From positions 36,001 to 100,000 of the IMG/VR virus record IMGVR_UViG_3300020045_006384: DNA of 64,000 nt; one strand, 5' to 3'. Below are positions 46,807 to 58,000 of the stretch, in pieces. The notes below the pieces were generated by a model, which did no database searches, was not told where the DNA came from, and was given only the letters and a program-made list of their open reading frames with translations. How positions within the stretch are numbered: position 1 is the stretch's first letter; every line of letters begins with the position of its first letter. The DNA comes from a virus. Made by a program: the position numbers and the translations under genes.

Positions 46807-49800
46807 TATAATCCACATATTTTTTTAATTTCTTGTTGTAAAGTTTCGTTGTCTTTAAGTTCTTTAAATAATTCATTAAAACTAGAAGTCATATCTTTAG
46901 GATTAACTTTGTCCATCATTCCTAATTGCTTAGCTATTACAGCAACTATTTTAGCTTTAGTTTTAGCATCTGCATCTTTAAATATATCACTTAAGTTATT
47001 AGATTTAATAGTTTTAACTTCAATATTAGGTGTTGAAATTTCTGTTTTATTAATAAAATTTGAAATTTGACTTATATCAGTTATTAATACTTTTCTAGAA
47101 TTTGAACCATCAAACTCACCTATTATACCTGCAATTTCTAATTGTTCTAATATTGTAGCAGCTCGATTATAACCCAATCTTAATCTTCTTTGAATTAAAT
47201 TTGCTGATGCTTGTTTTTCAGTTATAAAAATTTTAACAACTTCTTCAAAATTTTCATCAATATTTTCAATTTCTACAAATGGAAGTATTTTTAAATCTGA
47301 AGTATCATTTAAATTTTCTGTTATAGTATTAGATTTAGGTTTAGGTGCTATATTTGTACTTGTTGTAACTATATCATCACCAAACATTCCTTCTAACGAA
47401 CCTAATAAATCTTCTGTAGTATCTAGTTTAACTTCTTTAGTTTCTTCAGCTACAACTTGTTTTTTAGCTTTTTTATTTACAACAGTTTGATCTAAATATA
47501 TATTAGAATAACCTTGAAATGTTGGTTCATTAACTACAGCATTAGTTGTTAATACAGCATAATCTGAATTAATACCTAATAAATATTTAATATAATCATC
47601 ATTATTAAATGTAGCAGAATTATCTTTAGTAATTAAAACATTATGTCTTTTATATTTAAGATATTCTACAATTGCTTGTTTTTGATTATTATCTAAATTA
47701 TTTAAACTATCAGTAGTATAAGTATAACTTTCTAATTGACCACTCCATTCTGGAATTTGTGAATTAACTTTATGTAATAATTCTCCTAATACTAATTTAC
47801 CGTCATTACCTAAAATTAATTTAGTTTTAGCGTTTGTATTTTGAGAAAATACTACAAAGTTAATTACTTTTTCTAAAGTAACATCAATACTATCATTATT
47901 GTTTTTAACAAAATTAAATTCAGTTAATAAACTTGGTAAGTTATCTGTAATATATTTTTCTAGTTCATCTATATTAAACTCTTGTTGTTTATTTAATATA
48001 TTAGAACGTAATATAATTAAATCTAATACAGATTCAGCTTTTTCATCACTTAATCTACTAGTATTTAACTTTAAATAAAATATTTCACCATTAATCATTG
48101 GTATTTTAAGAAACACTTCACCTTTATTACTACTTGATAAAACTTTAGTATTATCAGTTACATTATTAGAAGTATACTTAACTTCTCCTTTATTAGTAAC
48201 ATATACTGTATTCTTTTTAAAATACTTAATTTTATCTTCTTCAGACATACCTTTAAATACATCTAACTCTAATATATTAGAATTTTGTTCACCTAATTTA
48301 AGAGCTCCTGTGAATTGTTTATTAACTTTACCTACAATACCATCAAAAGAACCTTTGTTTTCAATTAAAGCATTTATAATACTTCTACGAAGTGGTAATG
48401 TTTCTATTTCTACAATCTTTGGTGATTGACTTGACATAGAATCAATAAATGATGTTGCTGAATTACCTTTATTAGATAAAGTAACACTAATTGGTAAATA
48501 CTTAGCAGCATATTCAATCTCATCTTTAGTTAAAGTTTCACCATTTTTAATTCTTTTAAAAATTTCATTTGCAGTAAAAGATTCATTTTTAGGATTAATA
48601 TTACCTACATCAAAAGTTACTCTATCTTTAGTTTTATCTCTAGGTTCTTTTTCATAAGTTACAAAACTTTCTAAATTAGGAAATAATGCTTGACCAGTAG
48701 TAAGATTTGTGCTTATAATTCTAGCAGCACCTTGATTCTTAGCAACATTTGTTGGATTAGTAGCTTCATTTACTGATTGAATACCATTTGCACTTTTATC
48801 TAAAATATTATCAGACTTATCAACTTCTGGATTATCAGAAGTTTGTACTGTTTCTAAACCTTGAACTGTTGATTCTATTACAGATTCTTTAGTTTCAGGT
48901 GTTGTATCAGTTGTTATAATTGAGTCTTTTTCAAACTTTTCTTTATCTTTATCTAAAGCTTCAACTTCATTAATTTGTTTTTGTAAAGCTTGAGCTTCTT
49001 TAATTTTTCTAAATTGTTCTTGAACTTCTTCACTAATAATATGATTATCTTTTTGACTTTTAGGTAATTTAGAAAAGTAATTTTTTAAATCTTCTTCATC
49101 TTCAAATGATTTAATTGTATCTAAAACTTCTTGAGCTTCTAAAACTTTTTCTTCAGATACTTCTTTAGTTTCAGTTTCTTCTGCTTCTATATAATCATTA
49201 AAACTTTTATTAATTAATTTACCTTGCCAAATTTCAGAAATAGATTTTTTATTATCTTTTATATCAGATTCTATTTCTCTAATTTTATCATTAGTTTGTT
49301 TTAATAATTCATTAGTTGTTTCAGCTTTAATTAATAATTCATCTTCAGTTTGTAAATTATTTTCTAAACCAATTTCTTCTAAAATATTATTTCTTTTAGC
49401 TTCTTCTGTTTTTAATGATTTTTCAAGTTGTCTAAGAACATGTTTAGTATTTAAATAACTTGTATTTAATTTATTTAAAAAATTAGTTCTTTGTTCAGGA
49501 GTTGCTTTTTCATTTTCAAGTTGAATTACATCTTTACTAAAATCTGTAAATTTTTCATTTTGTTCTTGAAGATATCTTGCAGTTTCTAAAGTTTCTTTAA
49601 CAAAAGTTTTTGTTTTGTTTTTTTCATCAGAAACACTATCTCTTTCAATTAATTCATTAAATTTGCTATCAGCATTAAGTTTTTGTTCTAAAGCAGTTAA
49701 ACCAGCTTCACCATTAAATATTGCAGGTGTAATTAAATTAAAAATAGCATCTTGTTTTATTTTTTCAACTATATCTATATTACCTGATTCAATTGCTAAA

Positions 49801-51320
49801 TCTAATAGTTCAGATTGTTGTTCTGTATAATTTAAAGCTTTAACAACTTCTCTTACTTTTCTATTATCTAATTTTCTTTTAGATGTAAATTGACCTTTAG
49901 AATTTCTTTCATAAATATATTTACCATTTTCATCAGTTTGATAAATATCATTATCAAAAGTTGTATTAAAATTAGTAATTTGTTTATCAATATTATCTAA
50001 AATTAGATTAGTATTTCTTCTATTTCTAACATCTGATTTTCTACCTTGGTATGACATCATTGGTCCGCCAATTGCTCCACCTAAAAATATTGCTTTTTGA
50101 CCTTCTGTAGTACTTACAGTATTAACATATTCTTTAGTAAAGTCACCAATAGAAGCATCATTTAAAAAACTTTTACCAAGTTCACCACGCATTGCTTTAT
50201 CAACGTACATATTTTCAACAGTAGTTTGAGAACCTTCTTCCCAAAAACCTTCTGTTGCAAATGCACCACCAACTCTACCAAGACTAACACCTACTCTTTC
50301 TGCAATAGCTTTTATACCTTTCTCTGTTGTTTTTTCAAATGTTTGAGAAGCTTTACCCCAAAGAGCTTTGTGCATTATAGCATTTGGTCCAAGTAATATT
50401 CCAACATTTGCTATAAAAGTATCTTTCATTGCAAGAGATCTTTGTTCAACAAATAATTGTTCAGCTTCTTCAGGAGTATAACCTTTATTAATATAAGTAT
50501 TTAAAAAGTCATCTTTTTTAGAATCTAAATCATCACCTACACCTTTTGCTTCAGCACCTGCTTCAAATATAGTATTTCCAAAAATAGCCATACCGCTATC
50601 AATATTTCTACCACTAACACCCATAAACTTTAAAGTGTTTACAGCATCTTCAGCTTTACCAACCATTGATGTATATTTAGCTAATTTAGAAGAATTAGCT
50701 AAGGTGTTAATTAATTTACCACCTAAACCTGCATATTGAAATATTGCTCCAGGAACAAACATTGCAGCAACGAAACCAATACCATCAGCGCCATCAGTTG
50801 CCCAAAATGAACTAGATGATATATTATCCCATAAGTTACCTTCTTTAACAGCTTTAGCAGTATAAACTGGTAATAAATCAGTATTTACTTTTTCATGTAC
50901 TTCATCTAATACTTTTATCCAACTATTATTAAAAGCAGTATCCATTCCTTTACCATCTTCTGCAAATGGTGCAGCCATAGAACCAACAATTACTCCAGGT
51001 AGTTTAGCTACTTCAGTTAATGCTTTAGAAGTAGCTCTACCAAGACCTTTTGTTAATTGTTCAGCACCAGATTGATTACTAGCTCTTATTTCATTATATG
51101 GATCTTCTGCATTTAAATCTACAAATTGATTAAGAAGTGGATTTATACCTTCTCTTAATTCATCTTGATTAGAACTATCAAAATTAATACGATGTACTTC
51201 TGTATCAAAAGCATTATTTGTAGCTAATTTTTTATTAGTAGGTGTATTAAAAGATTTATAGTTATTATCTAAAGACTTTAAAAACTTTTCATCATAACTA
51301 TTTAATTCTTCTTCTTCCAT
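46806..51320 (-). CDS. giant virion (cargo/ejection) protein with TM-like segments, coiled coils and an FtsK-gamma domain near the C-terminus
   Basis: 1504 aa; Gly/Ala-rich hydrophobic N-terminal part; ASANLIQRRLRLGYNRAATILEQLE.AGIIG...G...RKVL. Confidence 0.82.
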   Translation of the reverse strand: MEEEELNSYDEKFLKSLDNNYKSFNTPTNKKLATNNAFDTEVHRINFDSSNQDELREGINPLLNQFVDLNAEDPYNEIRASNQSGAEQLTKGLGRATSKALTEVAKLPGVIVGSMAAPFAEDGKGMDTAFNNSWIKVLDEVHEKVNTDLLPVYTAKAVKEGNLWDNISSSSFWATDGADGIGFVAAMFVPGAIFQYAGLGGKLINTLANSSKLAKYTSMVGKAEDAVNTLKFMGVSGRNIDSGMAIFGNTIFEAGAEAKGVGDDLDSKKDDFLNTYINKGYTPEEAEQLFVEQRSLAMKDTFIANVGILLGPNAIMHKALWGKASQTFEKTTEKGIKAIAERVGVSLGRVGGAFATEGFWEEGSQTTVENMYVDKAMRGELGKSFLNDASIGDFTKEYVNTVSTTEGQKAIFLGGAIGGPMMSYQGRKSDVRNRRNTNLILDNIDKQITNFNTTFDNDIYQTDENGKYIYERNSKGQFTSKRKLDNRKVREVVKALNYTEQQSELLDLAIESGNIDIVEKIKQDAIFNLITPAIFNGEAGLTALEQKLNADSKFNELIERDSVSDEKNKTKTFVKETLETARYLQEQNEKFTDFSKDVIQLENEKATPEQRTNFLNKLNTSYLNTKHVLRQLEKSLKTEEAKRNNILEEIGLENNLQTEDELLIKAETTNELLKQTNDKIREIESDIKDNKKSISEIWQGKLINKSFNDYIEAEETETKEVSEEKVLEAQEVLDTIKSFEDEEDLKNYFSKLPKSQKDNHIISEEVQEQFRKIKEAQALQKQINEVEALDKDKEKFEKDSIITTDTTPETKESVIESTVQGLETVQTSDNPEVDKSDNILDKSANGIQSVNEATNPTNVAKNQGAARIISTNLTTGQALFPNLESFVTYEKEPRDKTKDRVTFDVGNINPKNESFTANEIFKRIKNGETLTKDEIEYAAKYLPISVTLSNKGNSATSFIDSMSSQSPKIVEIETLPLRRSIINALIENKGSFDGIVGKVNKQFTGALKLGEQNSNILELDVFKGMSEEDKIKYFKKNTVYVTNKGEVKYTSNNVTDNTKVLSSSNKGEVFLKIPMINGEIFYLKLNTSRLSDEKAESVLDLIILRSNILNKQQEFNIDELEKYITDNLPSLLTEFNFVKNNNDSIDVTLEKVINFVVFSQNTNAKTKLILGNDGKLVLGELLHKVNSQIPEWSGQLESYTYTTDSLNNLDNNQKQAIVEYLKYKRHNVLITKDNSATFNNDDYIKYLLGINSDYAVLTTNAVVNEPTFQGYSNIYLDQTVVNKKAKKQVVAEETKEVKLDTTEDLLGSLEGMFGDDIVTTSTNIAPKPKSNTITENLNDTSDLKILPFVEIENIDENFEEVVKIFITEKQASANLIQRRLRLGYNRAATILEQLEIAGIIGEFDGSNSRKVLITDISQISNFINKTEISTPNIEVKTIKSNNLSDIFKDADAKTKAKIVAVIAKQLGMMDKVNPKDMTSSFNELFKELKDNETLQQEIKKICGL

Positions 51321-51323
51321 TTT

Positions 51324-53300
51324 TTAATTTTTATTAGTTCCGTATTGTTTAATTAATACAGAAGGGTTAACTCCTCTTTTAGCAGCTCTTAAATTTAAAG
51401 CTGTTTGTGCATCAGAATCACTAGTATATCTTTGTGCTAATTGATTATTTGTTAAATCACTATATGCATTACTAATTAATGAAGTTGATACTTCTGAACC
51501 TTGGAAATTACCAGTTACTTGATTTATACCACCTTTATCTTTCCAAAAATCTGCAATAGCACCACTTAAATTTTTATATCCAACTGCAGATTTTGTATCA
51601 AATGCATTTGAGAATTTTTTAAGTTTAAATGTAACAGTTACAGGTTTCTCAGCTCCACCATATTCATCACTCCAACTAGTTTCTCCAGCTATATCATATT
51701 CAGGAGCTTCTTTAGTTGTATTAAATGTCATTGTTATTTCAGGTGTTTTTGCATCACCATATGTTTTGATATTATTAATTTTAAATGATTTTGGATCACC
51801 ATGTTTTAATAAATCTTGAATATTTTGAGTATCTTTATCATTAAGATTTTTCTTAGTTCCACCAGTTGTATAAATACTTGTTAAATCTAATACATTACCT
51901 AAGTCAACACCTTTCATTACATTATAAACATTTTCATTATGTAAATTCCAAGCAGATTCTTCTTTAGGTGTAGAAGGTAAATAAGAATAATTGTGTCTTA
52001 ATGAAGAAGATTCTTTCCAAGCTTTATCTTTAACTTTTTGTCTTTCTACATTTACATGAGAAAATTCACCTTTTAATTTATCTATATTAGAATTAGCACC
52101 AGCAGCTAAATTTAATCTTGTAAAGTAATCAACATCATCTTCACCTTTTTTTCTTGGTAAATCTCTTTTTTTACCTTCAGCTTCTAACTGTGCAGAAACT
52201 TTCTTGTATTGTTGATCTAATTTTTGATATTCTTTATTTACTTTTAATTTAGCATCAGCATTTTGTCTTAGCTCAAGTAAATCTTCTAATCTAGCTTTAT
52301 CTGAAGGACTAGTACTTTTGCCTGAGTTTAATCTTTTAATTTCAGTTAGTGCATCTGTATACCCAGATTGATTAACTGCATCTGATGTTAAAGTACTATC
52401 ATTACTAATAATAATTCCTGAAGGATCTACATTTTTTTCTGGAGCAGAATATCCTTGAATTGAATAATCAGTTTCTCTAGTGTCATCTAATTTGTAAGAT
52501 TTCATCATACCTAAACCATTATTAATTTCATCAATAATTCTTTTAGGATCTTGTCTTTCAAATTTAGCAGACATTGTTCCTTCACCAGTAGGTTGAATCC
52601 ATCTACTATTTAAATATTCTTGAGCTTCTTTTAATTGAGGATAATTACTAGTTTCAACAACTCGTCCTTTACCATCCATTACAATAATACTACCATTTGG
52701 ACCTTCTCCAAAATTAAAACCATTATTTTTCATAACAGTTTGTGTGTTTTCTCCTAATAAAGATTTAACTGTTTTTAAATCTTCTTGTAAAACATGTCTT
52801 TTTGGTGCACCATATGAATCAATATTTTTAATATTTTTAACATCATCATATCCTGTATATTTAGGATGATGTTGTGTCTGCCAATTATATAATGCATCTT
52901 CTCTAGAAAATCCTTTATTTTTAGTAGCATCTTCTAAATAATCTTTAAATTCTTCAGCATATACTTTTTTAGCATTATTAATTTGACCTATTCTACCTGT
53001 TGGTGATACTAAATCTTGATATTCTTTATTAAACTTTAAAAATGAACTTCTAGCTTCTGGTGTAATACCATTTGCTGCTAAATTTTGTGATAAAGAACTT
53101 ACTTTACCTTCAATTTCATTTTTAAGACGAAGTGCTTCATCTTTATGTACATCTAAAGGATCTGTATTAACTCTAGCATTTATATAGGCTGTTTCTAATT
53201 CATCATGTTGTTTACGTTTCATCATAGGAACAAATGCAAGCTCCTGAAAACTTTGAGGTCTATAAGCAGAAACACTGCCATTATCAAAACGATTTGCCAT
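51324..53300 (-). CDS. putative virion/cargo protein
   Basis: 658-aa ORF in the structural operon. Confidence 0.7.
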   Translation of the reverse strand: MANRFDNGSVSAYRPQSFQELAFVPMMKRKQHDELETAYINARVNTDPLDVHKDEALRLKNEIEGKVSSLSQNLAANGITPEARSSFLKFNKEYQDLVSPTGRIGQINNAKKVYAEEFKDYLEDATKNKGFSREDALYNWQTQHHPKYTGYDDVKNIKNIDSYGAPKRHVLQEDLKTVKSLLGENTQTVMKNNGFNFGEGPNGSIIVMDGKGRVVETSNYPQLKEAQEYLNSRWIQPTGEGTMSAKFERQDPKRIIDEINNGLGMMKSYKLDDTRETDYSIQGYSAPEKNVDPSGIIISNDSTLTSDAVNQSGYTDALTEIKRLNSGKSTSPSDKARLEDLLELRQNADAKLKVNKEYQKLDQQYKKVSAQLEAEGKKRDLPRKKGEDDVDYFTRLNLAAGANSNIDKLKGEFSHVNVERQKVKDKAWKESSSLRHNYSYLPSTPKEESAWNLHNENVYNVMKGVDLGNVLDLTSIYTTGGTKKNLNDKDTQNIQDLLKHGDPKSFKINNIKTYGDAKTPEITMTFNTTKEAPEYDIAGETSWSDEYGGAEKPVTVTFKLKKFSNAFDTKSAVGYKNLSGAIADFWKDKGGINQVTGNFQGSEVSTSLISNAYSDLTNNQLAQRYTSDSDAQTALNLRAAKRGVNPSVLIKQYGTNKN

Positions 53301-54943
53301 TATTTTCTTCCTATTTTATTCATTTTTATAAATCCACCATATGCTTTTGGTTGCAGCTTTGATTGTGCAATTGCATCTTCATATGCTATTTTTTCTCCAG
53401 TTTTTTTATCAATCATATATTTACCATCCCAAGAATAACCAAGTGATTCAGCAATTTGATTTTTATTAACTTCTTCTCTACCAACTTCTCCAAGATCAGT
53501 TCCAATAGCAGCTAAATATTTAGATTTTTCATTTCTAACAGAGGCTTCATTTTGTTCCCAATTTTGTTGTTCTTGATGTTGTGTTTGTGCATTAAATTGA
53601 TCTAAATTACTATTGAAATTTTGTGCTCTATCATTAGTAGCTATATTTTGAGCTTTAGCATTAATATAAGCATTTGATAAAGCTTTATTTCTATTTAAAC
53701 CTGCACCAAGTATTGCATTTCTAACAGCACCTTCTGAACCACCACTTTGAGTAATTGAATTAACAGTGTTATCCATATCATTACCTGCAATATTTTGTAG
53801 TGTCTTTTCATCTACATATTCTGGATTATATCTACCAGACATTCTATCTAATCTTTTATTTTCAGCAGGTTTTAATTTAGATAGTTGATAAGCATTCATT
53901 GCAACTGGTGCATATTTTAAAAACTTACCACCATTTTTATCTAAATAATCACCCACTTTTGATAAATCTGCTTTAGGATAAGTTGTTGCTATTTTATTAG
54001 AATTTGGTGCTAATTCAGGATTAGAATATCCATTTCTTTCAGATAAATCATTTATTTCAACACCTGGATTTAAACCTTCTAAATTAGGTGCTTCAGTTGC
54101 ACCCGCATCAGGTTTTGGAAATTTTGTAAATGGATAATCAAATTTAGAATTACCAAGAACCCCTTCATATGGGTTAACTTTAGTAAAGTTAGGATATATT
54201 GGACCACCTAATGCAAAATCACTTGAAAAATTAGAAATATTTTTAATAGCTTCTTGTTGAGCCATTTCTTGTTCTTTCTTTTTATTTAATAATTTAGATA
54301 CTAATGGTGATACAGCTTTACCAACTGTACTACCAATCATACCACCTACTGGACCACCAATTGCAGTTCCAGCTAAACCTAAACCTGTTTCTACACCAGA
54401 ATTAATCATTTGTTCTTTATCACCACTTAATAATGAAGGTAACATTTTAGTACCTGCACTAAGATAAGGATTCATACCTTCTTCACCTTCAGGAACTTCA
54501 CCACCCATAAACATTGCTTCAGATTGTGCAAATTCTTCCATACCTTCTGGAATTTCACCATTCATCATATCTGGAACTTGTTGTGAATTAGCCATCATAG
54601 ACTGATTCATTTGAGCTTCTTGTGCTTTAATAGATTCTTGAGCTTTAGCTAATCTATCTAATAAAGTATTTTTAGTTTCAGTTGCATATTTATCTTGTCT
54701 ATCTTTAAATTTATCATTAATAGCTTTAGATGCATCAGCAATAGTTTTATTTTTAATATAGTTAGGTAAATTAAATTGCTTAACTAAATCTTCATTAATT
54801 GGAATTCTATTTGAATAAACAAAATTACCAGTCTTAGTTTCACCTTGTTCAACATTAGCATTTGGACCTACAGGAATACCACCAAGAGGATTTTGAGAAT
54901 GAAGTCCACCTTCATTAAATTCTGTTAATTGATTATTTGGCAT
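53300..54943 (-). CDS. putative virion/cargo protein
   Basis: GGLHSQNPLGGI..VEQGE N-terminus, Gly-zipper segment, Q/N/A-rich tail. Confidence 0.7.
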   Translation of the reverse strand: MPNNQLTEFNEGGLHSQNPLGGIPVGPNANVEQGETKTGNFVYSNRIPINEDLVKQFNLPNYIKNKTIADASKAINDKFKDRQDKYATETKNTLLDRLAKAQESIKAQEAQMNQSMMANSQQVPDMMNGEIPEGMEEFAQSEAMFMGGEVPEGEEGMNPYLSAGTKMLPSLLSGDKEQMINSGVETGLGLAGTAIGGPVGGMIGSTVGKAVSPLVSKLLNKKKEQEMAQQEAIKNISNFSSDFALGGPIYPNFTKVNPYEGVLGNSKFDYPFTKFPKPDAGATEAPNLEGLNPGVEINDLSERNGYSNPELAPNSNKIATTYPKADLSKVGDYLDKNGGKFLKYAPVAMNAYQLSKLKPAENKRLDRMSGRYNPEYVDEKTLQNIAGNDMDNTVNSITQSGGSEGAVRNAILGAGLNRNKALSNAYINAKAQNIATNDRAQNFNSNLDQFNAQTQHQEQQNWEQNEASVRNEKSKYLAAIGTDLGEVGREEVNKNQIAESLGYSWDGKYMIDKKTGEKIAYEDAIAQSKLQPKAYGGFIKMNKIGRK

Positions 54944-54965
54944 TTTATTATTATTTATTAGTTAT

Positions 54966-54998
54966 AAAAAAAGGAGAAGAAAATTAATCCTTCTCCTT
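54966..54998 (-). terminator. intrinsic terminator
   Basis: Minus strand AAGGAGAAG-loop-CTTCTCCTTTTTTT. Confidence 0.75.
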
Positions 54999-55024
54999 AG
55001 TTATTTATTATTAAATGAGTTATA

Positions 55025-55058
55025 TACAAATATACAAAATATTTATATATAAAACAAG
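55025..55058 (-). promoter_or_regulatory. Bacteroidota-type promoter
   Basis: Minus strand CTTGTTTTATATATAAATATTTTGTATATTTGTA; TAnnTTTG at 55027-55034. Confidence 0.62.
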
Positions 55059-55086
55059 TTTTTATTTATTTATTTTATATTATATT

Positions 55087-58000
55087 TTAATACGTCGTAT
55101 AATAAATGTTTAAATCGTGTAATATTAATTTTAAATTATCAGGATTATTAAACTGAACTTTAAGTTTCATATACGGAGATCTAATTCTATTTCTAGTTTG
55201 TCTAGGAATTAAAGCATTCCAATCTCTAAATTTACGTCTAAGATTATTATTTCTTCCAACAATTAATGGTATTAAACCACTATCTTGATAATCATTATAA
55301 GCTTGTATGTTAGTTAAAGTTCTATTTACTTGATCTACATTATTTAAAGTAACATCTGATTTAAAATTAATATTATTAAATACACAATCTTTATTAGGTT
55401 CAGGATTAACATTAAATATAATACTAGAAGGATATTTAACACCATAAAAAGTATTGTACTCTCCTGCGTATTGTAAATAAATACTATCATTTAAAGGATT
55501 TGTAGTTATTAAATAATGACCTTTTGAAATATATCTATTTGGAATATAATCATAAAAACTTGTAAAAGATTGTTTACTTTCATTATAACATATTGTAAAT
55601 GGTTCATCTTGATGAAAAGTCATAAACAATTCGTTATTTATATAATCATATCCAGAATTTACACCTGTACCAATTAATGGGTTATCTATTTTAAGCTCAT
55701 TTAAGACAGTATTATTTGTAAAATATATATGCATACCTTTTTCATCAGATAATCCTTTTAAACTACCAGTATAACTATTTAATGACTTATTTAAAGTATC
55801 ATAGTAATATAATGTAGAAGGTGAGCTAATTACTGACCATTTATTTAAAGTTCCAGATTCTGTAGAAATATAATTATAATCATCTAATACTTGACCAGTT
55901 CCTAACTGTAAAGATAAACCATCATCACCTTGAACTTGAACTCTAGGATTAATTGATAATCTTGCAAAACCTGTATCTTGTAAAGTATATAATTCATCTT
56001 TATGAGAATGTAAACAATTAATTGGTCCATATTGACCTTTTAATGTTAAAACATTATTTACTTCTATATCTGTCCAATTGTCAATTACTTCACCTGATGA
56101 TTTTAATTTACTACATATTACATTAGTATCAAATGAATTAATTCTTTTAAATTTATAATCTAAATCTCTACGTAATATTAAAGTAGGTTCTTGAGAATAA
56201 ACTTTATTATATCTTTGATACTCTTCATATCTAGGTTGAAATCTAGCATCCCATTCTTCTAAAGAAAAATCATTTCTATTTTTTAAATCAATAGTTGTTT
56301 CAACTTTAAATTCTACAATTTCTGTAAATTGAAAAGAACTTCTTGAATAAGTTTCAGTGTCTGTTTTTACTAATTTAGTAAATTTAAAGTTAGATATAAA
56401 AGTATCTCCTGCATGTTTACAATTATATATATTTTCATTAATGTCATTGTATTGACCAATTTCAATATAATTTGTTCTTTTTTTAGATTCATAAGAGTTA
56501 CCACCATATATATTACCAAGATATACTAATAGTTGAGGTATTCTAAATTCACATATTAAACCTGTACCAGTATCTATTATACCAGATGATGTATATAAAT
56601 CTTCAATTCCTTCTCTATCTTCAGTATCTAAAGTTCCATCTCCTAAAGCAAATGTAATATTTTTAGCTCCCCAAGTATTAACAGAATTTAATATCATATC
56701 TGCAGATAAGTTTTCTAAAGAATTATAAAAAACCATATCTCCATCATTATTATATGTTGTTCTACCTTGAGCTTTTTCAACTAATAAAGGTGTACCATAT
56801 ATATCTTTATATGTATTTAAAGTATCTGAATTTAAAAAATTACCAGTATATCTTCTATATGTTTGAACAAAATTCATTTCACCTTCTTGACCATGTCCAA
56901 AAAAACCATGAAATTGAATTTGATCTCTTTCACCAAAATTTAATTCAAAATTTCCAGTGTCATATGCTTTAATATCATGAGGTGATATAGTATTAAAAGC
57001 TTTACCTTCTGTTGTAACTTGTTTTGTTTCAACTTGTCTAACTTGAGCCCAATTAGCATTATAATCATTTTCAAATCCACCTATATTAACTATTGTGCAA
57101 TCACCTAAAGATTGTAAACTATTAAAAGTTACTTCTGGTGAAAACAATTGCATTAGTTTATTAAATTGATACGTACCTGCTGTCCATTGACCTGATTCTT
57201 CAGCTTTATAAACTTCATTACCTGCATCATCATTTACTGAACCTGGTAAAGTATTATTAGCAAATTCAGGATGTGCTTCATCAAATCTATCTACTCTAAA
57301 ATAACTTTTATTTCTCCACATTGGAAATAAATATTCATCAAATCTTCGCATCATTGATGGAATTTTTAAACCACCATTAACTCTATTGATATAATCTACT
57401 TCTAAAGGATCTTCTTCATTATCCCCAGTATCATCACCTATAACTTGAGATAACATACCATTAATAAGACCTTGACAAATAATTGTTCTGTCTAATAATG
57501 TTCTTTCTGCTCTTAATAATTTATAACCTACTGGTTTTAATGAATCATCATAATTACCATTTTCATCTAAAAAATTATTATTATCAGCTAACCAAGTATA
57601 AAATAAAGATTTTAATGTTATTTCAACAGATGCATAATAACCATTTAAATTAGATTCATCATTTACAACAATTGTTTTAAAATCAGCAATCCATTTAGGT
57701 AAACTATTTTGACCATATTTATTATAAAATTGAATACCTAATCTATAAATTTCATTATCTTTTAAAAATTTATTTTCAGTATCTTCAACTGTAAAATCAA
57801 AATCTCCAATTTGATTTCTTACAATTTTATATTTTAAATAAGCACCTTCTCCACCAATAATAGTATTATTAAATTGTTTATTATTAATATCATAATTAAT
57901 ATTAATAGTTGAATTATCAAATGGTACTGTATTAACACCTGATATAATATCTACATCAATAGTTATAGGTGCTTCTAATGAATCTAATACACCAGAATTA

